DNA from: an uncultured cyanobacterium
Lineage (GTDB): Bacteria; Cyanobacteriota; Cyanobacteriia; Cyanobacteriales; Nostocaceae
NCBI GenBank assembly: GCA_963740315.1
Contig: CAVUDP010000004.1
Span: 448,001 to 512,000, forward strand
Direction: 5' to 3'
Length of the DNA: 64,000 nt
The position numbers were made by a program, and so were the translations under genes. This document shows, piece by piece, positions 10,960-21,371 of this stretch (positions within the stretch are counted from its first letter, which is position 1; each line of letters opens with the position of its first letter). The notes beneath the pieces are model-generated. The model saw nothing but the letters and a program-made list of their open reading frames with translations, was not told the origin of the DNA and did not search any database.

Positions 10960-11160
10960 TCATATAAAGAGGTTAAGTTTTCGCCAACGCAATACCAAGT
11001 ACATAACCGCAGCAAAGAAAAATTCTGTTCCTACAACTGCCCATGCCAATATGACCGTACAAATTATTTAATAATACAGCCAGAAGTAAAAGACAAGCTT
11101 CACCAATTAATGTAATCAAATTAAATGTACGATAAGGATTTAAAAGTAATGGGGGTCGGT
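10960..11160 (-). pseudogene. Degenerate 3' remnant of an RfbX/Wzx-type flippase
   Basis: Translates as ..RTFNLITLIGEACLLLLAVLLNNLYGHIG / frameshift / AWAVVGTEFFFAAVMYLVLRWRKLNLFI*; no start. Confidence 0.6.
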
Positions 11161-11211
11161 AGGTTAGGTTTATAAAAATAAATTGTTACTAACAATATTT
11201 AGAGAGCAGTT

Positions 11212-12399
11212 TCAGTTCCTCGATCGTTTTACTTGGCTATGATTAGAAACCAGATCGTAAATTTCCATCATCCGATGATAGTTTTGTTGTGCTGTGTACT
11301 TCGATTCAAATTCGGCTCGTGCTTCTTGTCGCATCTGAGTCAGCTTTGTTTGATTTTCTATAGCCCATTGCACCTTGCTAGCCAGATCCTCTGAGTTTCC
11401 AGGAGAGAAATGTAGCCCCGTGCGACCGGAATCTACCAATTCTGCAATAGCGCCGATATTCGCAGCAATTACAGGTGTACCTTTAGCAAACGCTTCAGCA
11501 GCAACTCTACCAAAAGTTTCATACCACTTGGATGGGAAAACTAAAAACATTGCTTCACCCATTAGCTGATGTACTTCTGACATTGGTCTGCGTCCGAGCC
11601 ATTCCACTTCAGGAATTCGCTTTGCTGCTTCCACTACTTCACCGGCTAGAGGACCATCTCCAACTATTTTAAGAGGTATTTTTACATCCAAATGTTCCCA
11701 AGCACTCAGTAGGGTATCTAATCCTTTTTCTATAGAAAGTCTGCCTACAAACAGAGCATAACCACCTGCTCCTTCTCCTACCCCTGGATCGGGGTTGATA
11801 AAATTCGGTTTAACTACAATTTTTTCTGCGGGTAAGCCGCCAGCGATAAATTTCTGTCGTGCAAATTCAGTTAAGCAAATATATTTATCTACCATTTTTG
11901 TCCAAGTACGCATGGCACTATGTACGGTAAGCATTGTTGCTACCGCTCCAGAAGCCGGACGACTTTCTCGATAACAACCGTGTAATACTCCCGGAAGAGG
12001 AATACTTTTTCCCATACAATCTTCGCAGACTTTCCCATCGCGGAAAAATAAACCATTAGGGCATAGAAGACGATAATTTCGTAAAGTCTGGACTACAGGT
12101 ACACCTTCAGATTTTGCGGCATAGTAAACTGATGGTGATACAAGGGGAAAAAAGTTCTGGATATGAACTATGTCGTACTTTGAACTACTTAATTTTTGTT
12201 TGACTATATTATAAGACTCTTGCGACCAGACGGTTCGTAGCGCCATCCGTACCGTGCCAATGTCTGCAACTCGGTCATTATGTTCTTGATAAACATCAAC
12301 GGTGTGACCCATTTCCCGCAAAAGACGCTGTTCGGATTCGGAGGATTCATCTTCGCCACCACGAATCTGATATTGGTTATGTATACTTAAGATACGCAT
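11212..12399 (-). CDS. Glycosyltransferase family 4
   Basis: MRILSIHNQYQIRGGED; FVGRLSIEKG; PSKWYETFGRVAAEAFAKGTPVI. Confidence 0.93.
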   Translation of the reverse strand: MRILSIHNQYQIRGGEDESSESEQRLLREMGHTVDVYQEHNDRVADIGTVRMALRTVWSQESYNIVKQKLSSSKYDIVHIQNFFPLVSPSVYYAAKSEGVPVVQTLRNYRLLCPNGLFFRDGKVCEDCMGKSIPLPGVLHGCYRESRPASGAVATMLTVHSAMRTWTKMVDKYICLTEFARQKFIAGGLPAEKIVVKPNFINPDPGVGEGAGGYALFVGRLSIEKGLDTLLSAWEHLDVKIPLKIVGDGPLAGEVVEAAKRIPEVEWLGRRPMSEVHQLMGEAMFLVFPSKWYETFGRVAAEAFAKGTPVIAANIGAIAELVDSGRTGLHFSPGNSEDLASKVQWAIENQTKLTQMRQEARAEFESKYTAQQNYHRMMEIYDLVSNHSQVKRSRN

Positions 12400-12490
12400 T
12401 GTATTATGTCAAATCCTCACAGATCCACTAACTATAATTGAGTCAATCCAAGTTGTTTGTATATTAAAGTAATAAAAATTTTTAAAACTT

Positions 12491-13630
12491 TTAATGCTTA
12501 CTTTTAATCACACTTTGATAGATTTCTTCCAAAGCCTGAGTTTGTTTATGCAAATCAAAGCGATCGCGCACTCGTTGATATCCGTTGCTACTAAAGCTCT
12601 GCCAAAGGTTGCGATCGCCTAATAGCTTTAAAATATGCTCGCTAAGCCCCTGCCAATCACGTTCGTTGACTAAAAAGCCTGTTCGATCGTGCGCTACTGC
12701 TTCTGGAATACCACCACTAGCAAAGCTGACAACTGGTAAACCCATTGCCTGTGCCTCGGTAAAAACTAAGCCGAATCCTTCGCAATCACCCGACTTTGCT
12801 CTGATACTAGGAACGCAAAATACCTTAGCTTTATTCATCCAACTTCTGACAACTTCGGGTGTTTGAATTCCCAGAAAGCGATAATTTTTTAATGATGATT
12901 TTGCTAAATTTTCTACAGATTTACGAAGTTCGCCATCACCAATTACGACTAATTCGACTTCTGGGTTTACCGATTGTACCTCAGCCATAGCTTTTATAAG
13001 ATACTCGCAGCCTTTTTTTTCAACTAACCGACCAACAAATAATACTACTGGTTCTCGCCGTACAGTAGGATCGGGTTTAAATACTTCTGTATCGATGCCA
13101 ATATAATGCACTAATATCCGATCCGCTGGAAAACCTTGGTTAATTAGCTCTGATTTGATAAACTCAGATACGGCAATAAACAATCGAGTCTCGCGCTTGA
13201 GTGATTCTCGGCGACGCAGATAAATTTTTGTACTAAGAGAATCTTTGCGGGCATATTCATCCGTCATGGTAGCATCAATACCATGAAAGGTGACTATCAG
13301 CGGGACTTGCAAGTTTCTCATTAATGGCAGGGCTAAAGCTCCACATACCCCAAAATGAGCGTGTACGATTGCTGGATGCAATTGCTGCACTTGTTGAAAC
13401 AGTTGAGGAGCGACTCCAAATAACTTAAATATACCTTCCTTAGCTTTACCAATAAATTTACCCTTGTTAACTAGGAAAGTGCGTTCTGGAGGTAAGGACA
13501 ATCCCTTTACCAAACGACAACCAACATAATAAGGTGTAAAATGCTTCAATCCTTCTGCTTGAGCGCGAACAAAAGTCTCAGAAAAAGGAAGTAACCGACC
13601 GTTGAATACCACTAATGCGGGATTGAGCAT
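12491..13630 (-). CDS. Glycosyltransferase family 4 (WcaL-like)
   Basis: SETFV, HAHFG, FVGRLVEKKG, GDCEGFGLVFTEAQAMGLPVV. Confidence 0.93.
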   Translation of the reverse strand: MLNPALVVFNGRLLPFSETFVRAQAEGLKHFTPYYVGCRLVKGLSLPPERTFLVNKGKFIGKAKEGIFKLFGVAPQLFQQVQQLHPAIVHAHFGVCGALALPLMRNLQVPLIVTFHGIDATMTDEYARKDSLSTKIYLRRRESLKRETRLFIAVSEFIKSELINQGFPADRILVHYIGIDTEVFKPDPTVRREPVVLFVGRLVEKKGCEYLIKAMAEVQSVNPEVELVVIGDGELRKSVENLAKSSLKNYRFLGIQTPEVVRSWMNKAKVFCVPSIRAKSGDCEGFGLVFTEAQAMGLPVVSFASGGIPEAVAHDRTGFLVNERDWQGLSEHILKLLGDRNLWQSFSSNGYQRVRDRFDLHKQTQALEEIYQSVIKSKH

Positions 13631-13668
13631 AACTTTTTATTTCTCCTACACTCCTGTTTTATCATCTC

Positions 13669-14976
13669 TTAATTACTTGATTTAGCCTCTCTACAATCAA
13701 TTCCGCTTCCAGACATCAAAGGCTTTTGGGAAGTCAAAATTTCTTCATAATACTGAGCCATGAACTTACCCTTTACTTCCCAAGAGAAGACTTCTCTGGC
13801 TCGTTTTTGTGCTGCCCTTCCCATACTAATACGTAAATTTGAGTCCTTAGCTAAACAAGTTATTGCCTCAGCCAAACCGCCTATTGCTTGCTCCGGCGTA
13901 TCAGCGGGAATCTTAAATCCTGTATCTTCTGTTACCTGTACGCCCGGACCTCCTAAGTCTAAGCAAATTACTGGACGAGCAGCTGCCATTGCTTCCATAC
14001 ATACAAATCCTCCTGACTCATGCAAGCTAGGATGAATTAATACATGACATTCACCCAGTAATTGAAATATTTCCTCTCGCGGCAACTTACCCCAAAATTT
14101 AACTTGCTTGCCAATACCAAGTTCTTCAGCAAGAGCTTGAAGCCGCTCGCCTTCGGAACCATTTCCTATAATCCAGTATTCAGCATCGGGTAGAGCCGCG
14201 ATCGCAAAAGCTTTCAAACCTAAATGAAAACCTTTCCAGTGTAACAGCCTGCCAATGCTGATGAATCTAACAGGGGAAGCATCGGGTATTCCGTGTTGAG
14301 CAAGTCGAGTTATTTCTTTTGCTGATAAACCGATTGGAGAGAGTACTTCTACTTTTGGAGCGCCAATTTTTTGTAATTGTCTGCGGGTATCTTCAGTCAT
14401 ACCCCAAGCCAAGGCGCTGTTTCTAGCGGTTATTTGTACAAACGGATCGCGTTCTTTGAACCATCGAACAAAGTCTCGCGCCTTTTCGTAAATTTTGCCA
14501 CGAAGATTAAAGTCTTGCCAAAATGTACTTGGTGCTGACTCTCCACCTCCAATTGGTCCCCAAATGAATGGAATTGGTAAAAACGAGAGAAAGCTAGGTG
14601 AAGTATAGGTTACATAAGTTACATGATGGGCGACATCAAAACCGATTTTACCATGTAGTTTACGTCCTAAAAAATATGCCCGTACTTGCCAAATATAGTA
14701 ATGAATATGTACTCCTCCAAGACCTAGTTTCCACCATTTAGAACCAGGTAAGTCAAAATATACAAATTCCAGACCGGGAATAGGGTTTTTGGATATTTCA
14801 GCTTCAATTGATGGACGATTATCAACTCTGGTGAGTACCCATACCTGATAATATTTTGCCAATTCCCTGACTGTATTCCAGCCTATCCCCGGATCTGAAC
14901 CCATTCCAGGTCTACAAGCGTAAGCAGAAATTAAAACTTTTAAGTTTTGCATCTTTTTAGATACTGTTGTTGACAT
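13669..14976 (-). CDS. Glycosyltransferase family 4
   Basis: ISAYACRPGMGSDPGIGW; GRLLHWKG; HPSLHESGGFVCMEAMAAARPV. Confidence 0.93.
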   Translation of the reverse strand: MSTTVSKKMQNLKVLISAYACRPGMGSDPGIGWNTVRELAKYYQVWVLTRVDNRPSIEAEISKNPIPGLEFVYFDLPGSKWWKLGLGGVHIHYYIWQVRAYFLGRKLHGKIGFDVAHHVTYVTYTSPSFLSFLPIPFIWGPIGGGESAPSTFWQDFNLRGKIYEKARDFVRWFKERDPFVQITARNSALAWGMTEDTRRQLQKIGAPKVEVLSPIGLSAKEITRLAQHGIPDASPVRFISIGRLLHWKGFHLGLKAFAIAALPDAEYWIIGNGSEGERLQALAEELGIGKQVKFWGKLPREEIFQLLGECHVLIHPSLHESGGFVCMEAMAAARPVICLDLGGPGVQVTEDTGFKIPADTPEQAIGGLAEAITCLAKDSNLRISMGRAAQKRAREVFSWEVKGKFMAQYYEEILTSQKPLMSGSGIDCREAKSSN

Positions 14977-15169
14977 TTTCCTTATATTTATTAAATAATG
15001 CAGATTAGTCGTTTTAGTTCACAATTAGAATACTGTTCCTTGTAAAAGCATACAAGGCTTATCTGACACTATTGTTGACATTTTCGGTGTATCTATGATT
15101 AAATTACGTACATTAATCGCTATAGTTCGTAATTAAAATCCTGTTCGTTGTAGAAGCACCCAAAACTTA
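14960..15169. repeat. Degenerate ~105-bp tandem duplication covering the GT4 start codon and upstream region
   Basis: 14960-15061 (GATACTGTTGTTGACATTTTC...CTGTTCCTTGTAAAAGCA) vs 15065-15169 (GACACTATTGTTGACATTTTC...CTGTTCGTTGTAGAAGCA). Confidence 0.75.
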
Positions 15170-15182
15170 CAGTTTTGTATAA

Positions 15183-16145
15183 CTATTGACTTGCATATTT
15201 GTTTTTTATATAGTAATAAAGAGATATGAAAGTAATTTTTAATCTTGCAATCAAAGAGGCAGATGTAAGATATTTCTTGATAGCTTGATTATTCTCAGAG
15301 TCATTAGTTCCTGATTGCCAATTTAAAGCTGTTCCAACAGCTATCATCTTATCAGCGAACTTTCTAAAGTTGGTAAATTCTTGCTTAATCCAAAGACCTG
15401 TGTAAATGTATTTTCTACCTCTCAAATGGTCTTTATCTTTTCTTAAAGTCGCTGCATTATTGCCGTGTATTTTCTGAACAGTTAATTGATCGTTTAAGAT
15501 AAAACCTTGACTCAAAGCTACTGCCATAAATTTTACATAATGGTCGCTGCTAGAAACTGCTTTTGGAGTAGGCATAGGAAGGATTTTTTTTAATAGCGAG
15601 CGCCTAAAACAAAGAGCAGAACAGGGGGGAAGATGAGGAGGAATTTTGCCAGATTTAAGGTGGTTTCGGAAGTCACATTCCTTAGTTACATAATTTTCTG
15701 TAGTTGTCATAGGCAAAGAGTTGTTTTTTGCATCAACTAATTTAACACTATGAAAACACCAATCAACTTTTTCTGAAGATTGAAAAATTTTGACAATTTT
15801 TTCAACTTTGTCCTCTATAAACCAATCATCTGAATCTAAAAAACAAATAATTTCACCTTTACTTGCTGCAAAACCAACATTATAATTTGAATGTTGTCCG
15901 CCGTTTTCTTTAAATATAGTAATTATTTTGTTACCATAATTTGCAATTACTTCGCGAGAATTATCCTGCGAACCATCATCAACGACAATCACTTCGATAT
16001 TTGTATAAGTCTGATTTAACGCACTATCAATTGCTTTCTTAATAAAACGCTCGTAATTGTAATTTCCGATAATTATGCTGACTAATGGATTATCATTCAG
16101 TGCAGAAGATTTTTGATAATTTAATAATCGCTTAGTAATAAGCAT
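15183..16145 (-). CDS. Glycosyltransferase family 2
   Basis: PLVSIIIGNYNY, VVDDGSQD, FLDSDD; ATG at 16145 preferred over the TTG start. Confidence 0.92.
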   Translation of the reverse strand: MLITKRLLNYQKSSALNDNPLVSIIIGNYNYERFIKKAIDSALNQTYTNIEVIVVDDGSQDNSREVIANYGNKIITIFKENGGQHSNYNVGFAASKGEIICFLDSDDWFIEDKVEKIVKIFQSSEKVDWCFHSVKLVDAKNNSLPMTTTENYVTKECDFRNHLKSGKIPPHLPPCSALCFRRSLLKKILPMPTPKAVSSSDHYVKFMAVALSQGFILNDQLTVQKIHGNNAATLRKDKDHLRGRKYIYTGLWIKQEFTNFRKFADKMIAVGTALNWQSGTNDSENNQAIKKYLTSASLIARLKITFISLYYYIKNKYASQ

Positions 16146-16210
16146 TCCAGTACCCACTTTATTTGTAAATTTACTACCGAACAAAAATTTTACAAAGCTA
16201 TTAACAATTT

Positions 16211-17125
16211 TTATCCTCGTTGAGAACTACCTCCTAGATAAAGCCTAAATTTTTCAATGATTATCAAATACCTCGCAAAAAACATAATTGAAATGAACTG
16301 TAGTTTTCGAACAAAGCCAGTTAAATGTTCATTTTTCCAAGCCCTATATAAACTTCTAAAAGGAGGTTTAAAAGTAAATACGATATCCTTAGCAATTTCC
16401 ATTGAAGAAGGATTTTTACTCATGTTGCGGTCAAATCTACCACCTGCAAGACGAGTAATTCTTTTACGAAGTTGGGAAAATGAATGTCTGGCTGGGTGAG
16501 CTACACAAGCATCCGAGGCATAAACCTGCTTGTAACCTGCTGCAAAAACTCGTTGTCCCCATTGGCGATCGCCACCCGATTTCAAAGTACTATCAAAGTT
16601 ACCAATATTATTTATTACATCTTTGAATGTGAAAATATTGGCAGTCATACCATACTGATGTTTCTGCAATTTCTCATCCTGAAAAAAGTTTAACTCAATT
16701 TTTTCATAGAGTTCTACTCCTGTAGGCTGATCTGGGTTTTGAAAAAAAAGGTCTATTCTTCCAGCCACTAATCCACAATTAGGAGTACTTAAAAGACTTG
16801 CTACACCATTCTCAATCCAATCCAAAGCTGGAATACAATCAGAATCAGTAAAAGCTAAAATCTCACCTTTTGCGATAGAAATACCGTGGTTGCGAGCTAC
16901 ATAAGAACCTGGTTGGCTTTCATATGTATACTTTGCTTGACTAAAATTACTAACTAGGTTTTTAATATCATCTTGGGAAGCATTATCAATGACAATTACC
17001 TCATACAAATCTTTCGAGTAAGTTTGATTTTCGAGAGCTTCTAGGCAGAGCTTTAGACGTTCGGAATCGTTGTAGACTGGTATGATTACCGAGACATTTA
17101 AACTTGACGAATTAGAATTAGACAT
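16211..17125 (-). CDS. Glycosyltransferase family 2
   Basis: VSVIIPVYND, VIDNAS, GSYVARN, FTDSDC, SGGD. Confidence 0.93.
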   Translation of the reverse strand: MSNSNSSSLNVSVIIPVYNDSERLKLCLEALENQTYSKDLYEVIVIDNASQDDIKNLVSNFSQAKYTYESQPGSYVARNHGISIAKGEILAFTDSDCIPALDWIENGVASLLSTPNCGLVAGRIDLFFQNPDQPTGVELYEKIELNFFQDEKLQKHQYGMTANIFTFKDVINNIGNFDSTLKSGGDRQWGQRVFAAGYKQVYASDACVAHPARHSFSQLRKRITRLAGGRFDRNMSKNPSSMEIAKDIVFTFKPPFRSLYRAWKNEHLTGFVRKLQFISIMFFARYLIIIEKFRLYLGGSSQRG

Positions 17126-17278
17126 AAATTTATAGTATAGGTAACACTAAATTCAGGTATATGTTTTCGTGTGTGAGATAGTTTCATAGAAGTTAATTCA
17201 ATACTTCCACAATCGTAGATGAAGAGGAAACTTACTTATAATCGGTTATGAGGTAAAGATTTCAGATATTTAGAAAAA

Positions 17279-18448
17279 TTATTTTTTAAGAGCCTCTAAT
17301 AAATAATTCTGTGACTCAAATATTCTAGTATTTAATGTGTTTGAGATTGACTCATAATCAATATTAGCAAGTTGTTTGTGTACTACCTCAAGTTCTAACA
17401 TACTTGTAACCATACGACTATTTAAATCTAGATTACTAAGTAAATCTATTAATTTTTGACTTTTTTTATCATGTCCAAAAACTGTAAAAAGTTTTTTAAA
17501 CATAATAGCAAATATTGTACCGTGGTAAGTATTAGTTACAATATAAGATGCCTGGTTAAATAAACTTACCCATTCATTTGGACTTGCACCTACTAAGTTT
17601 GTTTGAGCAATTTTATTATATTTACCTACAGAAATAATTGTTAAGCTTTTAGTTTCGGATATTAATTTAACAAACTCTTCTTGTTCCGGACTTAAAGGAG
17701 CCTGATTATAAATAAGTAAATAATTATCTTTAGTTTTAACCAAAGAGATTATGTCATCATATTTAACTAGAAAAGTTGGGTCGAGTACTCTTTTCGCATC
17801 TACATTACATTCTGTATTAATTATGTTTTTGCTATTAGAGTCACGAACAAGAATAGTTTGAAATTTTTCTACAAGATTACATATTTCTTCTTTATGATTT
17901 TTTAACGATGTTGAATTACCGAAACTAGCTGCATAACTTATCCTACGAGTAGTTTCTTCAGAAACAAAGTCTAAAAAATAAGAAGTATCAAAGCCTCTGA
18001 AAGAATCAAGACACCATATTTGGTCGCTACCACATATTACTACATCGTATTTATCACGAAAATACTCTAAACCTTTTTTAGAATAATATTTTTTTTGGCT
18101 TAAGTTAGTTTGCGAACGTAAAAACTGTCTCATTTTCCAGGCTCTAGCTATATTGCCAAAAGCCCGTTCATTTAAGCGAAGTTTTTTATTTATTAGACTT
18201 AAGCCTTTTGTGTAATATTTGATTGCTTTATAAGGTCTATAGTCAATTATTTCAACTTGATAACCTTGTTGTTTAAGAAACTTATTTAGAGCATAGGCTT
18301 GTAAAGTTGCTCCATAATTATCTATGTGATGAAAAGTCAAAATGCCTATTTTAATATTCGATTTAGTTGACAAATAATTCTGTTTTTGGTCGATAATAGA
18401 AACGTTTTTCTTTGGATAAGTGTCTTGAGTTTTCATAAAATTTTTCAT
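17279..18448 (-). CDS. Polysaccharide pyruvyl transferase family protein
   Basis: GILTFH..NYGATLQAYAL, GSDQIW, SYAASFG, VLDPT, TNTYHG. Confidence 0.92.
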   Translation of the reverse strand: MKNFMKTQDTYPKKNVSIIDQKQNYLSTKSNIKIGILTFHHIDNYGATLQAYALNKFLKQQGYQVEIIDYRPYKAIKYYTKGLSLINKKLRLNERAFGNIARAWKMRQFLRSQTNLSQKKYYSKKGLEYFRDKYDVVICGSDQIWCLDSFRGFDTSYFLDFVSEETTRRISYAASFGNSTSLKNHKEEICNLVEKFQTILVRDSNSKNIINTECNVDAKRVLDPTFLVKYDDIISLVKTKDNYLLIYNQAPLSPEQEEFVKLISETKSLTIISVGKYNKIAQTNLVGASPNEWVSLFNQASYIVTNTYHGTIFAIMFKKLFTVFGHDKKSQKLIDLLSNLDLNSRMVTSMLELEVVHKQLANIDYESISNTLNTRIFESQNYLLEALKK

Positions 18449-18508
18449 TGGTTTTAATTAATTTTAGTGAATTGCATGGATAGAATGTTGATAAATAATC
18501 TACGATAT

Positions 18509-19969
18509 TTACTGCTTTTTTAACTTCTTCATTTTTCTAACCGATTGAGCTAAACTAACTATTTCTCTAAAAGTTTTTGGTGATATAATTGAAAGACTTA
18601 AAACATATATCAAAAATCCTAATAATGAAATAACAGCTATTAATAGTCGAATATCAATCGAATTTTGTAATAAATATTTAGTTAATAACATACTACTAAT
18701 CATGATAGTAGAGGCAGCCAAAGGTAGAAAGTATAAACGTAGATAGTAATTTAAATTAATTCCAGCTAATTTTTTAACTGCAAATAAAGAAATTGGCGAA
18801 AGCAGATAACCACGAATTACATAAGCCGATGCAACAGCTACAATACCCCATTTAACTACTAAAAAGAAAGCCACTATATTAACTGTGTATGATAACTGTA
18901 TCCATAGCTTCCAAGCAGGCTTACCCATAGCCACGATTACAGAACTGTTATAGAAAAGAATTGTGTGAAGTGGACCGATAAGAGTTAGTATTTGCATTAC
19001 ACGAATACTTGGAGTCCATTGTTCCCCAAACAAAACCCTCACTATTTCAGGAGCTAAAACTGCTACACTTAGAAATAGAGGAATAGCAATTATACCTGCC
19101 ATTTGCGTAGCTTTATAGAAAGCATTGCGTAACCGTTCGGGTTCATTCTGTAACTTAGAGAATACAGGTAGTGTTACTTTAGTTGTTGTGCTAATCAAAG
19201 TTTCTGTCATAATTAACAGCAGTTTGTAAGCAACAGAGTAATAACCTAGTGCAACCGGACCCAAGAAGTAACCAATTAACAAGTCGTCCGAGCGACGATT
19301 GAAAAAATTAATAATATTAAATGCAAATATATTGATTCCGAAAGCAAACAATTCTTTTCCGTGTACTGGGGAGAATTTAAATTTTGGTCGCCAATCACTA
19401 ACCCACCATAAAGTTAAAACTTGAACAAAACCATTAGTTAACTGTTGACCAACAAGACTCCATATCCCGTAACCGAAAAATGCCATAGATACGCCGACTA
19501 CACCGCTAATTAGTGTTGCTATTAGCGAACGTATAGCCAAAGCTTTAAAAGCTAACTGACGTTGAAGAATTGCTGATTGGACGCTGCTTAGACCACCAAA
19601 AATGAAACTTAGAGACAACCAGCGCAGAATTAATTTTAATTCTGGCTGTTGATATAAATGAGCAAAGAATCCAGCACTTAAAATGCTGAACAAGCTTAAT
19701 AATATACTTGTTACTACATTTGTCCAAAAAGCAGTATCTAAATGTTCTGGTTCAAGTTCTTTACGTTGAACGATAGCTTGGGAAAATCCCTGATCCAGAA
19801 AAATGTTTATAAAAGCCAGAAAAACACTAGCTAAAGCAATAAGACCAAAAGATTCTGGACCGAGTAAACGTGCAAGTAGAAAGAAAACACCCATTGAAAT
19901 TACTCGACTGCCCCAGCTTTCGATAACTGACCACAGTACACCTTTAATTGCCTTTTGTTTTAAACTCAT
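18509..19969 (-). CDS. wzx: Wzx (WzxC-like, MOP superfamily) oligosaccharide flippase
   Basis: LARLLGPESFGL, DQGFSQAIVQ, GYGIWSLV, GYYSVAY; many TM segments. Confidence 0.93.
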   Translation of the reverse strand: MSLKQKAIKGVLWSVIESWGSRVISMGVFFLLARLLGPESFGLIALASVFLAFINIFLDQGFSQAIVQRKELEPEHLDTAFWTNVVTSILLSLFSILSAGFFAHLYQQPELKLILRWLSLSFIFGGLSSVQSAILQRQLAFKALAIRSLIATLISGVVGVSMAFFGYGIWSLVGQQLTNGFVQVLTLWWVSDWRPKFKFSPVHGKELFAFGINIFAFNIINFFNRRSDDLLIGYFLGPVALGYYSVAYKLLLIMTETLISTTTKVTLPVFSKLQNEPERLRNAFYKATQMAGIIAIPLFLSVAVLAPEIVRVLFGEQWTPSIRVMQILTLIGPLHTILFYNSSVIVAMGKPAWKLWIQLSYTVNIVAFFLVVKWGIVAVASAYVIRGYLLSPISLFAVKKLAGINLNYYLRLYFLPLAASTIMISSMLLTKYLLQNSIDIRLLIAVISLLGFLIYVLSLSIISPKTFREIVSLAQSVRKMKKLKKQ

Positions 19970-20054
19970 CTGATGAAATAAGTTGATTTATTTACTATCG
20001 TGATTGAAAATTTTTAGGAATAAAGATTTGTTCTAAGCGTTTCTGTTTTAAGGT

Positions 20055-21161
20055 TTACCTAAAGAACAAAACTTCCTCAATCTTTTTTCGATTTGATTGG
20101 GCAACTTTTAAATTTTCTGGTAAGTGACCGATAGCAATCATCATTATGATTGATTCTGAATCATCAATCCCTACAGCGTTTTTAAGTGTTCGATCCACCT
20201 CATATTCAACACTCCAGTTTAGGCAACAGGTTCCTAGACCAAGTGAATGTAATGCATAGACCAGAGACATGGCAAACATTCCTCCATCAATCCAACACTG
20301 ATTTCGTTCGCTAATACCGAAAAAATGCTCTAAATTTGATGTAATTATTATTACCTTGTCTGCTAGATTACCGAACCCACGGTTGCCATTTTGGAAACTG
20401 AGTACTTTTTTCTTATCTTCATCTTCAGAAAATACGTATACTTTCGATGATTGTCGATTGCAGACCGAGGGCGTTTTCTGAGCCATTTTGACTGCGGCTT
20501 CGATCGAGTTTGTATCAACTTTCTCTGGAGAAAAGTCTCGTATGCTATATCTAGATTCAAAAAAGGCTCGGAGATCTAGCTTTGCCCTATTTATAATGTT
20601 CTGTTTAGATAGCTTGAGTACGCCACCTTTACCTATTGTATTTTCAAGATCGGGAATTGTGTTTTTTAGTTCTATAAGTTCTTGATGAAGTTGCTCATCT
20701 TTAAGACCGCGATCGTAATTAAATTGATAGTAAGCAAATAATGTATTAAGTGCTATTTGAGCAGTTTCATCAAGCCCATATTTTTTTTGATACTCACGTA
20801 GCTTAGATAATATATTTTGAATTACATCAGGCGCAAAGCCTACTCGCGGTTCTTTAAAAGCAAGTCGCTTTTCGATCCGGTGATACTCCTTCGTGATAAG
20901 CGCTTGAAGTCTTGTTTGAGTATTGATTTGTCTGCTTATTACTGAATACTTTAAAAACCTTTTTAAATCATAAGCATAATTTACTTTTAATCTTATAATC
21001 AATTTGCTACGTTGTAATTTACTCTTTACACCTCGCGGGAAGATTTTTTTTAGAGCGTCTGTAGTCATGAGGATTCCACGTCGTAACTTATCATTAAAAC
21101 CCGAAGATAAGATCATTAATTTTTTAGGTATAGAAATAACATTAGTTCGTAAATTAACCAT
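20055..21161 (-). CDS. Nitroreductase family protein (alternative start 21068)
   Basis: SRYSIRDF, KTPSVCNRQ, DGGMFAMSLVYALHSLGLGTCCLNW. Confidence 0.88.
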   Translation of the reverse strand: MVNLRTNVISIPKKLMILSSGFNDKLRRGILMTTDALKKIFPRGVKSKLQRSKLIIRLKVNYAYDLKRFLKYSVISRQINTQTRLQALITKEYHRIEKRLAFKEPRVGFAPDVIQNILSKLREYQKKYGLDETAQIALNTLFAYYQFNYDRGLKDEQLHQELIELKNTIPDLENTIGKGGVLKLSKQNIINRAKLDLRAFFESRYSIRDFSPEKVDTNSIEAAVKMAQKTPSVCNRQSSKVYVFSEDEDKKKVLSFQNGNRGFGNLADKVIIITSNLEHFFGISERNQCWIDGGMFAMSLVYALHSLGLGTCCLNWSVEYEVDRTLKNAVGIDDSESIIMMIAIGHLPENLKVAQSNRKKIEEVLFFR

Positions 21162-21371
21162 ATAACTTACTTCCTATTAATTTTAAATGTTTGAGATATG
21201 TAGCGAATGAATTCAAATTACAAACTTCCATCTATATTTTGTTAAAGTAAATAAAAATGATTTACTTTGTCTGCATTATGATTACACCTAATATTTTTCA
21301 ATTTACACAAAAACAAATAAGTATTTACAAATAGCATAAATTAGTTTTATAATTATTATTAATTCCTATTT

